Positions 25,246 to 35,259 of a stretch of DNA of 58,776 nucleotides are shown here, piece by piece; positions within the stretch are counted from its first letter, which is position 1; every line of letters starts with the position of its first letter. A program made the position numbers and the translations under genes. Location: IMG/VR virus record IMGVR_UViG_3300046167_000328, positions 1-58,776 of that record. The stretch is one strand, 5' to 3'. The DNA comes from a virus. Its lineage: Duplodnaviria > Caudoviricetes. The notes beneath the pieces were generated by a model. That model searched no databases. It was not told the origin of the DNA and worked only from the letters and a program-made list of their open reading frames with translations.

Positions 25246-26388
25246 ATGGGTTTAATTACAGAAAATAATGCACACTACTACTCCGGTCAACAAGCTTATG
25301 TCTCAGACTCAAACGCTTCAAACGTTAGTATAAAGTGGGTTGGAGACACTGAGTTAAAGCCGACTATACAGGGTGCTCAAAATTCTAACTATCAGGTATT
25401 TATAAACAATCAACTCAAAACAGAGTTTACAGACTATAACTTAGTTAATGGATCTGTTGTTATTACTTCTTTGTTAGCAGGGGATGTAGTTATTATACAG
25501 CTTGTGGAATCTGCTAGGCAGGAAAATTATGGCTCATACGCATATACTAAATTAGACGATATTATAAATAACTTTTTAGTAGCTTACGTTGGTGATGGTA
25601 AAATGATATTATCTGCAAAAAGAACAGATATTGTATTTTTTGCTAAAAGAGCTATGCAAGAGTTTAGCTATGATACATTGAAGAGCGTAAGATCACAAGA
25701 ATTAAGTGTGCCTCCAAATTTAAGTATACCTATACCTCAAGACTACGTTAATTATGTAAACATATCTTGGATAGATCAGTCAGGTATTAAGCATATTATA
25801 TATCCAACCACTTTAACTAGTAACCCAACAGCTATACCTCTGCAAGATGACAAAGGTATACCTATGCAAGATAGTTTCGGAGATAACATAGAAGGAAGCT
25901 CTATAACAGAGGAAAGATGGAATACTAACGGCATTGGTGTTATAAATAATCAATTAGAAGATGGATCACCTGTGTGGGCTGATGTTTACGGTGGAGGTTT
26001 TGGTCAAGGTTTTGCTTGGCAAAGTGGTTTTTATGGACTACAACCTGAAGTTAGCCAAATAAATGGCTGGTTTACAATTAATGAAAGAACCAATAGTTTT
26101 TGTTTCTCAAATGACTTAGTTGGCCGTACGATCATTTTAGAGTACATCTCTGATGGTTTAGCTTATGACTTAGATACTAGAGTCCCTAAGATGGCTGAAG
26201 AAGCTATGTACGCATATATCTTGCATGCTATAGTTTCTACTAGAATTAATCAACCTGAGTATTTGGTTCAAAGATTACGTCAAGAAAAAAGTGCTAAATT
26301 AAGAAATGCTAAAATAAGATTATCTAACATAAAACTAAGCGAATTTGTTCAAGTTATGCGAGGTAAATCCAAGTGGATAAAATCATAA
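25246..26388 (+). CDS. Tail ring protein, type B copy 2
   Basis: Paralog of 23842-24473 with an N-terminal extension. Confidence 0.75.
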   Translation: MGLITENNAHYYSGQQAYVSDSNASNVSIKWVGDTELKPTIQGAQNSNYQVFINNQLKTEFTDYNLVNGSVVITSLLAGDVVIIQLVESARQENYGSYAYTKLDDIINNFLVAYVGDGKMILSAKRTDIVFFAKRAMQEFSYDTLKSVRSQELSVPPNLSIPIPQDYVNYVNISWIDQSGIKHIIYPTTLTSNPTAIPLQDDKGIPMQDSFGDNIEGSSITEERWNTNGIGVINNQLEDGSPVWADVYGGGFGQGFAWQSGFYGLQPEVSQINGWFTINERTNSFCFSNDLVGRTIILEYISDGLAYDLDTRVPKMAEEAMYAYILHAIVSTRINQPEYLVQRLRQEKSAKLRNAKIRLSNIKLSEFVQVMRGKSKWIKS

Positions 26389-26393
26389 ATTAA

Positions 26394-29300
26394 ATGGCTG
26401 AGATTAAAAATACTTTTCTAAAATCCAAAATGAATAAAGATTTGGATGATAGGCTTATACCTAATGGAGAATATCGTGATGCGCAAAACATTTCCGTTGG
26501 TAAATCAGAAGATGCTGACGTAGGTGCGTTAGAAAACATCATAGGTAACTCCACTATAACTGAAGAACTACCTATAGGATATGCTAACTTTGGTGAGATT
26601 ATAGGGTATTTTTCGGACAGTACAAACAATAGGATAATAACTTTTGTAACAAACTATAAAGACCCAAATCCCTCTAGCCCAACTTATTTATCAATTGCTA
26701 ACACTTATAGCCCATCAGGTGATTTTCCTTTGGCTGGAAATTACAAGTCTCACATATGTGTATACGATCAAGACAACCCAGGGTATGTTATAGTAGTTTC
26801 TGGAGATTTTTTAAATTTTTCTACTACGAACAAAGTTTTAGGCGTTAGCTTGATAGAGGACTTACTGTTCTTTACAGATAATAGAAATCAACCTAGAAAG
26901 ATAAACATAAATTTAGCATTAAGTAATTCCAATTACTACACTACCGAAGACACAATATCCGTAGCTAAATACAGTCCTTATGAAGCTATAAGTTTATTAA
27001 AAAAGGTGACTAAAAAAACAACATCTGCCGCTGTTGGTAGCTCTACTATTAATGTTGAAGATACTGACGGAATAGAAGACGGAATGTTTGTTGTCGCTAA
27101 AAACGTAGATAATGTAAATGCTATAGAAGGTTCTGATTTTGTAACTGTAGACAGTACAACTGCCACAACCGTTAATTTAGTTACTCAAGAAGGAGCTACT
27201 ACAGTGCCTGTAGCTTACAATGCTGATATAAGTGACAATGGAATTGTTACTTTTTTAAAATCAACCATGACTAAGGAAGATCCTGCAACTGGTTGGCCAG
27301 GTGACCCTGATCTACTAGAAAGCAGGTACGTAAGATTTTCATATAGATTTAAGTTTGATGACGGAGAAAATTCTATAATGGCTCCTTTCACTCAAATAGC
27401 TTACGTTCCTAAGAAAAAAGGTTATTTTAGAGATGGTGATGAAGATGCTTCTTATAGATCTACCATATTGGAGTTTATGGAAAACGAGATGAACAACATG
27501 GAATTGTTGATACCTCTACCATCTAAAGGAGTTAATCTAGAACAAGAATATAAAATAACAAACCTAGAGATTTTATACAAAGAGTCAGACGCTCTAACTG
27601 TTAAGGTTTTAGAGACGTTACCCATAAGTAGTATACCTTCTTCTGAACTACAAACAAACATATATTCTTACCAGTACCAATCAAGAAAACCTTACAAAAC
27701 TCTGCCTGAATTTGAGACTACTAGAGTTTACGATAAAGTACCTGTTAGAGCCCTATCTCAAGAGACTTCTGGTAATAGAGTTATGTATGGTAATTTCTAT
27801 GATAGATACTCTTCACCCAATTCAATTGACTATTATGTTGGTGCTTTTTCTAAAGAAACTGTCAACTTTGATTCATGGGTAGAATATCCAAATCACACAG
27901 TAAAGCAAAACAGAAATTATCAAGTTGGTTTTATTCTTGCTGATAAGTTTGGTAGACAAACTCCAGTAATACTCTCACCTGTAGATCTAACCTCTCTAGA
28001 CACTGGTAGTAGTGATTTTGTAGGTGGTTCAACTATCTACAATCAATACTATGATGGAAGCACCCAGCCGGTAATTAGAAATTGGTTTGGCGACGCTATA
28101 AAAGTTGTTGTTCAAAACAAAATATCAAATGGTGTAAACGACACAAATAACTTAACACAAGCAGGTCTTTATGCTATTCAGTATCAAGATAGTGCAGCTA
28201 GCGGTATAGGTTTTTCTATATCTTCATCTTCATTGAATAGTTCACAAGATCAATTAACGTTTAACTTAGATTCAAATAACCCAGATAACACCAGTATACC
28301 TAGGGTAGGTGATTATTTAAGAGGTGAATATAGAGATTACGTTAAAGTTACTTCTGTGACAGGAACAATTTCATACACTGCAACAGCTGATGGATCTATA
28401 AGTAAAAGCTATTTACATAAAGATAATCTAACCAATGATATAAAATTTGCTTATATAATAAACCAAGTTGGTTGGTACTCTTACAAAGTTGTTGTAAAGC
28501 AAACTGAACAAGATTATTACAATTGTTATCTACCTGGAATACTTGATGGGTACCCTGACCACACTGGTACTAGTCCTTACCCTAGTAACGAAGATGGTAA
28601 AACTGCTCATGTAGTTTTATTAAATGACAATATAAATAAGATACCTAGAGATTTATCTGAAGTTGGTCCAGATCAAAAACAATATAGAAGTTCTGTGCAG
28701 CTATTTGGTAGAGTTGAAAATAACTCTGGAACATCTAATACGCAGTATTTTCCAGGATCTTCAACAGATACAGCCTCTACAATAGCCACAGCTAATGACT
28801 TAAACATGAGCTTTACCGAGGTAGCTAGTGTTGATAATTTCTATCAATTAGATACAAATCCTCTAATAGCTAGAATATCTACACTGCAACAATCTATAGG
28901 TGTTACAGAAGCTGATATGCTTCCTTTTTTAGCAGTTTATGAAACAGAACCAGTAAACTCTTTATTAGATATATTTTGGGAAACAACTACAACTGGTTTA
29001 ATCTCTGATCTAAACGAAGATATATTAACTGGTTCGGATGCCCCAGTTGGTTTAACAGCTATAAATTTTGAGTTCAATGAGAACCAAAACCCTAATGGTC
29101 TTGGAAACACTACAGGTGCAGCTGACTCTCCATGGATAACTGATTATTTCTATCCACTTTCACCGGAAGGAGCTCAATTAATAGACACTGGACAACCCAA
29201 TCTAACGGTTACAGATAATACCCCTAATACTTTAGACTTTTTTGATATATACCAAGAACAAACTACAGGTGACCCAAACTTCGGTGCTTATAGAGTTAAA

Positions 29301-30887
29301 ATAAATAATAACTATTTAACTTATTTCTCTAACTCGTTCAATATAACCGATACCTATAATTTCTCTTTATCTATAGTTGATAGTGATAGCAATGCTATTA
29401 CTTTTGATTTTACAGGTTCTTTAACTAACATTCAACCTTTTCTTTCGTCTACAACTCCACCAACTTTAACGCCGTCACCACAGGTATTGCCGTTGTTAAC
29501 TACACCGTTTTACGAAGCTCTTGATCCTAACGCTAGCTTCTCAATTGGTAACGTTGGGTTGCCGGCTAATGGATCGTTGAGTCTTAGTAACTTTGGTACA
29601 CAAACAGCTGCGTTTTTAGAATCTGTACCTCCTCCTTACACATTTTTTGGAATGCCTTATTCTACTATTTTGATAAACTCACAAAATGGAAATATCTCAT
29701 GGGGAGGTTTAAAACTCGAAGGCTATTATGAATCTCAAGTAAAAGTAAAAGATGCTTTAACGAGTTATCAAACTACTGGAGGAATATCTTCTCAAGGTGT
29801 TGAGTCAGCTGGAACGTTGACAAGTATAATATATGATCAACCAATAAGAGTTGTACCTGCTGCTTGTAATTTATCTACTAGCTGCCAAGTAAGCGATATT
29901 ATTGGTGGACAAAGAAGTCAAGTGTTTAATCAAGGAAACAACAATGAGTCTTCATTTGGTTGGAGATTTGGCTCACCTCTAGGTGGACTGCCTCCTGGGT
30001 TTGTAGCTACTCAAAGTAATGTTCAAAGTGTATCTTTTGACGGTTTACAATCTGGTACGGTATTGTTTGATTTGATGGTTCAAGCTAGCAAAACTAGTGG
30101 CCTTAATTGTAAAGCTTTATTTAGATGGAGAATATGGAAGAGAGCTAACAGTGGTAGCACTTGGACTACTATGGGCGTTGTAAGTACTAATAGTGTTGAT
30201 TTAAACTCAGACAATGGTAATGTCGGTCTTGGCGCAGGATGGATAGCACCTGCTCAAAGTACTAGATTTACATGTACTAACATTAACCTTGGTACTAATT
30301 CTCAAATACACATACCTATAGCTTTAACACAAAAAGCAGAATACTTTATAGAGTGTAGAGGTTATAGAATAGGTACAGGTGTTGCAGAGTGCTGGATAAA
30401 TGCTGGTGATGCTAATTACCCTACATGTGTTCCAGTCAAAGGCATTAATTTGATAAGTGGTACTGGTAGAGACGCTGATTATTTTCAGTACACAGCAGCG
30501 CTTTTTTCTTCTACTACAGCTCCAAATTCCTGTGCTGCGGCTTTATCTGAAACTGTTTACACTAGAACTCCATACACGCACGTTGTAGAACAATTTTTCT
30601 CAGACACGGCATTAACTACTGGTCAACTAATTGGTTCTTCGCAAACTGATTACACCGCTTATGGTTACGCACCTGATGCTTCAACTACAAACGGTAGCGA
30701 TATAGCTAGTATATATAATGCAAAAGTTATAAGTGTTGTAGATGATCCAAATGATGGTAGAACTAGAAGAGGTTTTATTGAACCTTTTAGTGGTTCAGGT
30801 ATTGGTTCAACTAAAAGACAACCTTGCCTCACTAGCGGTACTTATCAAGACCTTAGATACAGGGTATACTACAATGAAGACTATTAA
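26394..30887 (+). CDS. Tail nozzle/stabilisation protein with S/T/G-rich C-terminal extension
   Basis: MNKDLDDRLIPNGEYRDAQNISV...GALENIIGN and LLFFTDNRNQPRKIN, as in podovirus nozzle proteins. Confidence 0.75.
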   Translation: MAEIKNTFLKSKMNKDLDDRLIPNGEYRDAQNISVGKSEDADVGALENIIGNSTITEELPIGYANFGEIIGYFSDSTNNRIITFVTNYKDPNPSSPTYLSIANTYSPSGDFPLAGNYKSHICVYDQDNPGYVIVVSGDFLNFSTTNKVLGVSLIEDLLFFTDNRNQPRKININLALSNSNYYTTEDTISVAKYSPYEAISLLKKVTKKTTSAAVGSSTINVEDTDGIEDGMFVVAKNVDNVNAIEGSDFVTVDSTTATTVNLVTQEGATTVPVAYNADISDNGIVTFLKSTMTKEDPATGWPGDPDLLESRYVRFSYRFKFDDGENSIMAPFTQIAYVPKKKGYFRDGDEDASYRSTILEFMENEMNNMELLIPLPSKGVNLEQEYKITNLEILYKESDALTVKVLETLPISSIPSSELQTNIYSYQYQSRKPYKTLPEFETTRVYDKVPVRALSQETSGNRVMYGNFYDRYSSPNSIDYYVGAFSKETVNFDSWVEYPNHTVKQNRNYQVGFILADKFGRQTPVILSPVDLTSLDTGSSDFVGGSTIYNQYYDGSTQPVIRNWFGDAIKVVVQNKISNGVNDTNNLTQAGLYAIQYQDSAASGIGFSISSSSLNSSQDQLTFNLDSNNPDNTSIPRVGDYLRGEYRDYVKVTSVTGTISYTATADGSISKSYLHKDNLTNDIKFAYIINQVGWYSYKVVVKQTEQDYYNCYLPGILDGYPDHTGTSPYPSNEDGKTAHVVLLNDNINKIPRDLSEVGPDQKQYRSSVQLFGRVENNSGTSNTQYFPGSSTDTASTIATANDLNMSFTEVASVDNFYQLDTNPLIARISTLQQSIGVTEADMLPFLAVYETEPVNSLLDIFWETTTTGLISDLNEDILTGSDAPVGLTAINFEFNENQNPNGLGNTTGAADSPWITDYFYPLSPEGAQLIDTGQPNLTVTDNTPNTLDFFDIYQEQTTGDPNFGAYRVKINNNYLTYFSNSFNITDTYNFSLSIVDSDSNAITFDFTGSLTNIQPFLSSTTPPTLTPSPQVLPLLTTPFYEALDPNASFSIGNVGLPANGSLSLSNFGTQTAAFLESVPPPYTFFGMPYSTILINSQNGNISWGGLKLEGYYESQVKVKDALTSYQTTGGISSQGVESAGTLTSIIYDQPIRVVPAACNLSTSCQVSDIIGGQRSQVFNQGNNNESSFGWRFGSPLGGLPPGFVATQSNVQSVSFDGLQSGTVLFDLMVQASKTSGLNCKALFRWRIWKRANSGSTWTTMGVVSTNSVDLNSDNGNVGLGAGWIAPAQSTRFTCTNINLGTNSQIHIPIALTQKAEYFIECRGYRIGTGVAECWINAGDANYPTCVPVKGINLISGTGRDADYFQYTAALFSSTTAPNSCAAALSETVYTRTPYTHVVEQFFSDTALTTGQLIGSSQTDYTAYGYAPDASTTNGSDIASIYNAKVISVVDDPNDGRTRRGFIEPFSGSGIGSTKRQPCLTSGTYQDLRYRVYYNEDY

Positions 30888-30922
30888 TGTAATATATTAA
30901 TAAAATAAGTGATAATAAAGAT

Positions 30923-32266
30923 ATGTCAGCAACTTTAGAAGTAAAATATTTCAACTCTTTTTGGATAAAGAAGATAAAGTCAATAGTTGATGCTGCGGAT
31001 AATGTCGTAGAAGACTTAATTCCAGGTGCTTACGCTTCTAGTGATGACAACGATTGGTATATCGAAGAAGCTAGGATAAGAGGCGGTTATAATAATACTT
31101 CTGTAGATTTTGGAGTAAAAGCTTATTTAGTTGAAGAAAATAACCAACAACAACATAGATTTAACTCTATAATATACTCTGGTGTATTTAACTCTAGAAC
31201 TGGTATAAATAGAACTAACGTTTTTTCAGTAGGCGAAGATATAACTAAATCTGCGGATCCTGCTAACGGATCTATACAGAAGCTTTATGCTGAAGACACT
31301 AATTTAATAGTTTTACAAGAAGATAAAGTTAGTAGAGCTTTAATAGATAAAGACGCTATATACTCCGCTGAAGGAAATAGAGCTATAACATCTTCTACAC
31401 AGGTGATAGGAGAAATAGTACCTTATGGTGGTAAGTATGGTATAAGTGATAACCCAGAGTCTTTTGCTGTTTACGGTTATAGAAAGTACTTTACTGATAG
31501 AAAAAGAAATGCTGTTTTAAGGCTGTCTATGGACGGTATAACTGAAATATCATCTTATGGTATGCAAGACTTTTTTAGAGACAATCTAGGTAACTTAAAT
31601 TCATCAGATAATATAATCGGTGCTTGGGACATACATAATAAAAACTATGTAGTATCTATACAAAGAAATAGCGGAGGTGGTAACGGTTACCAAACATTGA
31701 ATTTTGATGAAAGTGTAAACGGTTGGACTAGCTTCTTAAGCTTTGAGCCTGGGTTTATGTTTAGCTTGAATACAGCTTTTTATTCTACTCACCAAGGTAA
31801 GATTTGGCAACATTATACTTTTGATAATCAACTTAGGAGAGCAATTTTTTATGGCGTGATATATCCGTCTTCTGTTGATTTTGTTTTTAACTCTAATCAA
31901 TCATTAGTTAAGAACTTTAAAACAATAAACTACGAAGGTAGTATAGACTGGCAAATGGATTCAATGCAAACTTCATCTGATAGTGCTCTACCTATATCTA
32001 AATCTATAAACATACTTACACAAGCATCGAATTTACAAGATCTAGAAAATCAACTACTACGTAACAACTTTAAAGCAAAAGAAGGTAAATACTTTGCAAA
32101 TATTATAAACAACAGTGTATCTAGAGCTGGTGAGGTTACATGGGGCCAGTCTAGCTCAGGTATTAAAGGTTTCTTCGCTACAGTTTCAATGAGTGTTGAT
32201 AATAATTTACCTGGTAAAAAAGAATTATTCGCCGTTTCTACTGAATACGTAGAGTCGTCATATTAA
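30923..32266 (+). CDS. Second tail stabilisation/nozzle protein
   Basis: GSIQKLYAEDT, YGISDNPESFA, YFTDRKRNAVLRLS, GWTSF beta-propeller-like motifs. Confidence 0.75.
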   Translation: MSATLEVKYFNSFWIKKIKSIVDAADNVVEDLIPGAYASSDDNDWYIEEARIRGGYNNTSVDFGVKAYLVEENNQQQHRFNSIIYSGVFNSRTGINRTNVFSVGEDITKSADPANGSIQKLYAEDTNLIVLQEDKVSRALIDKDAIYSAEGNRAITSSTQVIGEIVPYGGKYGISDNPESFAVYGYRKYFTDRKRNAVLRLSMDGITEISSYGMQDFFRDNLGNLNSSDNIIGAWDIHNKNYVVSIQRNSGGGNGYQTLNFDESVNGWTSFLSFEPGFMFSLNTAFYSTHQGKIWQHYTFDNQLRRAIFYGVIYPSSVDFVFNSNQSLVKNFKTINYEGSIDWQMDSMQTSSDSALPISKSINILTQASNLQDLENQLLRNNFKAKEGKYFANIINNSVSRAGEVTWGQSSSGIKGFFATVSMSVDNNLPGKKELFAVSTEYVESSY

Positions 32267-32276
32267 ATTAAATTAA

Positions 32277-32684
32277 ATGAAATTAAATGTACGTAAACTT
32301 ACTAATAACGATTGGGAAACTCTTTGTTACTGGTGGGAACAATGGCCTAAGTGGCAAAATCCACCTAAAAGCTTTCTACCAGATAACGGCACGGGTGGCT
32401 TAATGGTTGAAAAAGATAATCAACCTATTGTTGCTGGTTTTCTTTACTTCACAAATTCCGATGCTGTATTACTAGAATGGATAGTTTCAAATCCAGATTA
32501 CAGAGATAAAGATCGTAAAAGAGCTATAGAGCTTTTGATAGCTACAGCAGAAAACGTTTGTAAAGATTCTGGTAAAAAATATATGTTTAGTATAGGTAGA
32601 AACAAGCATTTGATAGAAACACATAAAAAACTAGGTTGGGTTGTAGATAAAACCCCATCACACGAACTAATAAAAAATATATAA
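32277..32684 (+). CDS. GNAT-fold assembly protein
   Basis: IVAGFLY...LEWIVSNPDYR...HKKLGW; sits before the ejection genes as T7 gp13 and P22 gp14 do. Confidence 0.65.
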   Translation: MKLNVRKLTNNDWETLCYWWEQWPKWQNPPKSFLPDNGTGGLMVEKDNQPIVAGFLYFTNSDAVLLEWIVSNPDYRDKDRKRAIELLIATAENVCKDSGKKYMFSIGRNKHLIETHKKLGWVVDKTPSHELIKNI

Positions 32685-32687
32685 ATT

Positions 32688-33419
32688 ATGGGATTAGTAA
32701 CCGCAGCTGTAGTAGGCGCAGTAGGATCAGCTGTAGGTGCTGCTGTTGGAGCTAGTAAAGCTAAAAAAGCAGCAGGTAGAGCTAGAGACGCAAAAGCAGC
32801 AGCTGAAGCAGAGCTAAACACTTTAAAAGCTGGTAGACAAACAGTTATAAATCCATATGAGTCAACAACTGACTTATCTGGTTTAGCATCTGATCTATCT
32901 AGCTCACTATCAAACCCTTTTGCGAGCCTTGGTGTTGCAACTCAAGCTGCTGAGATACAAATAGAACAAGCTGATATAGCTTTAGCTAATACGTTAGACA
33001 CGATAAGAGCTACAGGATCAAGTGCCGGTGGAGCAACTGCGTTAGCGCAAGCGGCTTTAGCTAGTAAGAAAGGAGTGGCAGCAAACATAGAACAACAAGA
33101 AGCTCAAAACGAAAAACTAAAAGCTCAAGGAGAGCAGCAACTTCAAGCTCAAAAAATGTCCGAGCAACAACGTTTACAAAGTATTGCTATATCTGAAGGC
33201 CAAAGAGTTCAAGCTGCTGATGCTGCTGGTAAGCAATTTAAGTTTCAAGCTCAAGAAAACAGAACTAATGCTGATATGGATAGAGCAGCTGGTGCAATAT
33301 CGCAAGCCCAAGCTCAAGAGGCACAAGCTAACCAAGCTCAAGCGAGCGCTATAGCTGGAGGTATTTCAGCTATTGGAGGTATAGCTTCTAGTGCTATAGG
33401 AGCATTTGGAAAAAAGTAG
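32688..33419 (+). CDS. Small ejection (internal virion) protein; a -1 frame extends it to 33511
   Basis: A/G/Q-rich with hydrophobic G/A termini; ends GGA AAA AAG TAG. Confidence 0.75.
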   Translation: MGLVTAAVVGAVGSAVGAAVGASKAKKAAGRARDAKAAAEAELNTLKAGRQTVINPYESTTDLSGLASDLSSSLSNPFASLGVATQAAEIQIEQADIALANTLDTIRATGSSAGGATALAQAALASKKGVAANIEQQEAQNEKLKAQGEQQLQAQKMSEQQRLQSIAISEGQRVQAADAAGKQFKFQAQENRTNADMDRAAGAISQAQAQEAQANQAQASAIAGGISAIGGIASSAIGAFGKK

Positions 33420-33523
33420 AGGCTCCGGCAACAGGTAAGCCCTCATTTAAAATGATAGACGTAACACAAGACTTTGGGCTTGATGATAATTATGGAACAA
33501 GAGTTAGTTAAAAATAAAAAAAT

Positions 33524-35243
33524 ATGAGTTATAGAAATCCACCTATAATCGTAGATAGATCTACAGACGTTTGGGGAAAAGCAATAGCTGGTTTTGGGCA
33601 ACAAGTTGCTCAAGGAATCTTAAGTGTTAGCGAAGCTAGGAAGAAAAGCGGAAGCAGCTCAAGCAGCTCAAGCTAGAAAAGAAGCTCTTGCTCAACAAAA
33701 GCTAACAACAGCTACTAGAGCATCTTATATGGATGCGGCTAGGGATAAGTACATTCAAATCAAAAAAAATGGTGGGTTAAGCTTAGCTCAGCAATTTATG
33801 AAGCAAGTTGAAATTGATTTAAATGGTGCTGATGGAAAACCAGGGGCTATAGATGCTTCTGTTCAATTAGCTTTAAATACTAGTTTAGGTACAGACCAAA
33901 GAAAAGAGTATAATAAAATAGTAGATGGCGCTAAAATGTATCAAGCTGAAGCTGTTAGTGGTTTTGCAAACGTTATGTCTGGATTAGATTATGCAAAAGA
34001 AAAAGGTGATGATATGCAAACAAAACCTGGAGGTTGGACTTATAAAGGAGGTAATAAGAAGGAAAGATTTTCTAATCAATTATTACACTATGCACTTGAT
34101 ACAGATGTGATGATCAATGATGATGTTATAGAGGACAGAAAGACGTATAAAGGTAAAGAAGGAGAAATATTTGTAGAGGGTATAACATTAGTTCCTGTAG
34201 AACAGTTTAATGAAGGTGGTACTTTTGCGGAAACATTAGATGAAGGTGAATTGAAAGATGTAGAAAAAGTCACTAAAGGAGATAAGGTTTATTATAAATT
34301 TTCTAGCAAAAAAGACGTAAGACAGTGGGATGGTGAGCTTGTAACAGATATTCCAGCTTTACCAGACTATTCTAAGGTTTACCAAGAGGTTAATGTAGAA
34401 AATGATAAGGGTTCTGTAAATACAAACCTAGTAAGTGAAATTGAAAGAACAGAAGGTGGTTACGATGTTAAAGAGAAAATATTAGACATTGGCACTATAA
34501 GAAATAACTTAGAGTCAGTTATGAGCGGTCAAGCTAGTAGAATAATGGCGGGTTCAGATCAAGAAATTCAAGCTTTCCTTACTTTTGGATTAGAAAAAGG
34601 TGGTATGACTATCAAGAAATTCAATGAAACTGAGCAAGATCCTAGTAAAAGAGTAGAATATATAAAAGATGCATTGATAAATGACTCTATTAATAAAAAA
34701 TTCTCAAGTGAATTTGGTAGCACTAGATTAGCTACCGTTGAAGATGTTGAAAGGATAAAAGCAGCTAACCCTAGCTCTACAATAAAAGTAGGTCAAGAAA
34801 TTAGATTTAGCATAGATAAACAAAGTAAGGTTGAACCAGAAGAAACAAGTGAACCAACACAGTTTGAAATAAAAGTAGAAGATGCAATTAAAATAGCTCC
34901 AGAAACACTTGAAAATATGACATCGCCTAAATCTGTAGGTGCTTACTATACAAACAAAAAAATTGGAGGAAAAACTATTATTAACGCAAGAATAAAAACA
35001 TCGACTTCAGAAGTTAAATCACAAGGTAAAACTCCAAAAACACTAGAGTTAGATTTTGTATCAGGATCTACCACTGCCGGAGGTGAAAGAACTGAATTTA
35101 CAGACACTATGAAGTTTGATTTAAATAATCCAACTAGAGTAAAGACGTTGATAGATCTACTTCCTGATAGCGATATCTTAAAGAAACAGTTAAAAGATTT
35201 ATTAAACAAAAAATCAAAGAACGTTAACCAAGATTTTAACTAA
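33524..35243 (+). CDS. Medium ejection protein; likely true start at 33524 with a +1 frameshift at A4 33644-33647
   Basis: MSYRNPPIIVDRSTDVWGKAIAGFGQQVAQG...ARKK joins AEAAQAAQARKE if one A is removed. Confidence 0.7.
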
Positions 35244-35259
35244 TAAAATTAAATAAAAT

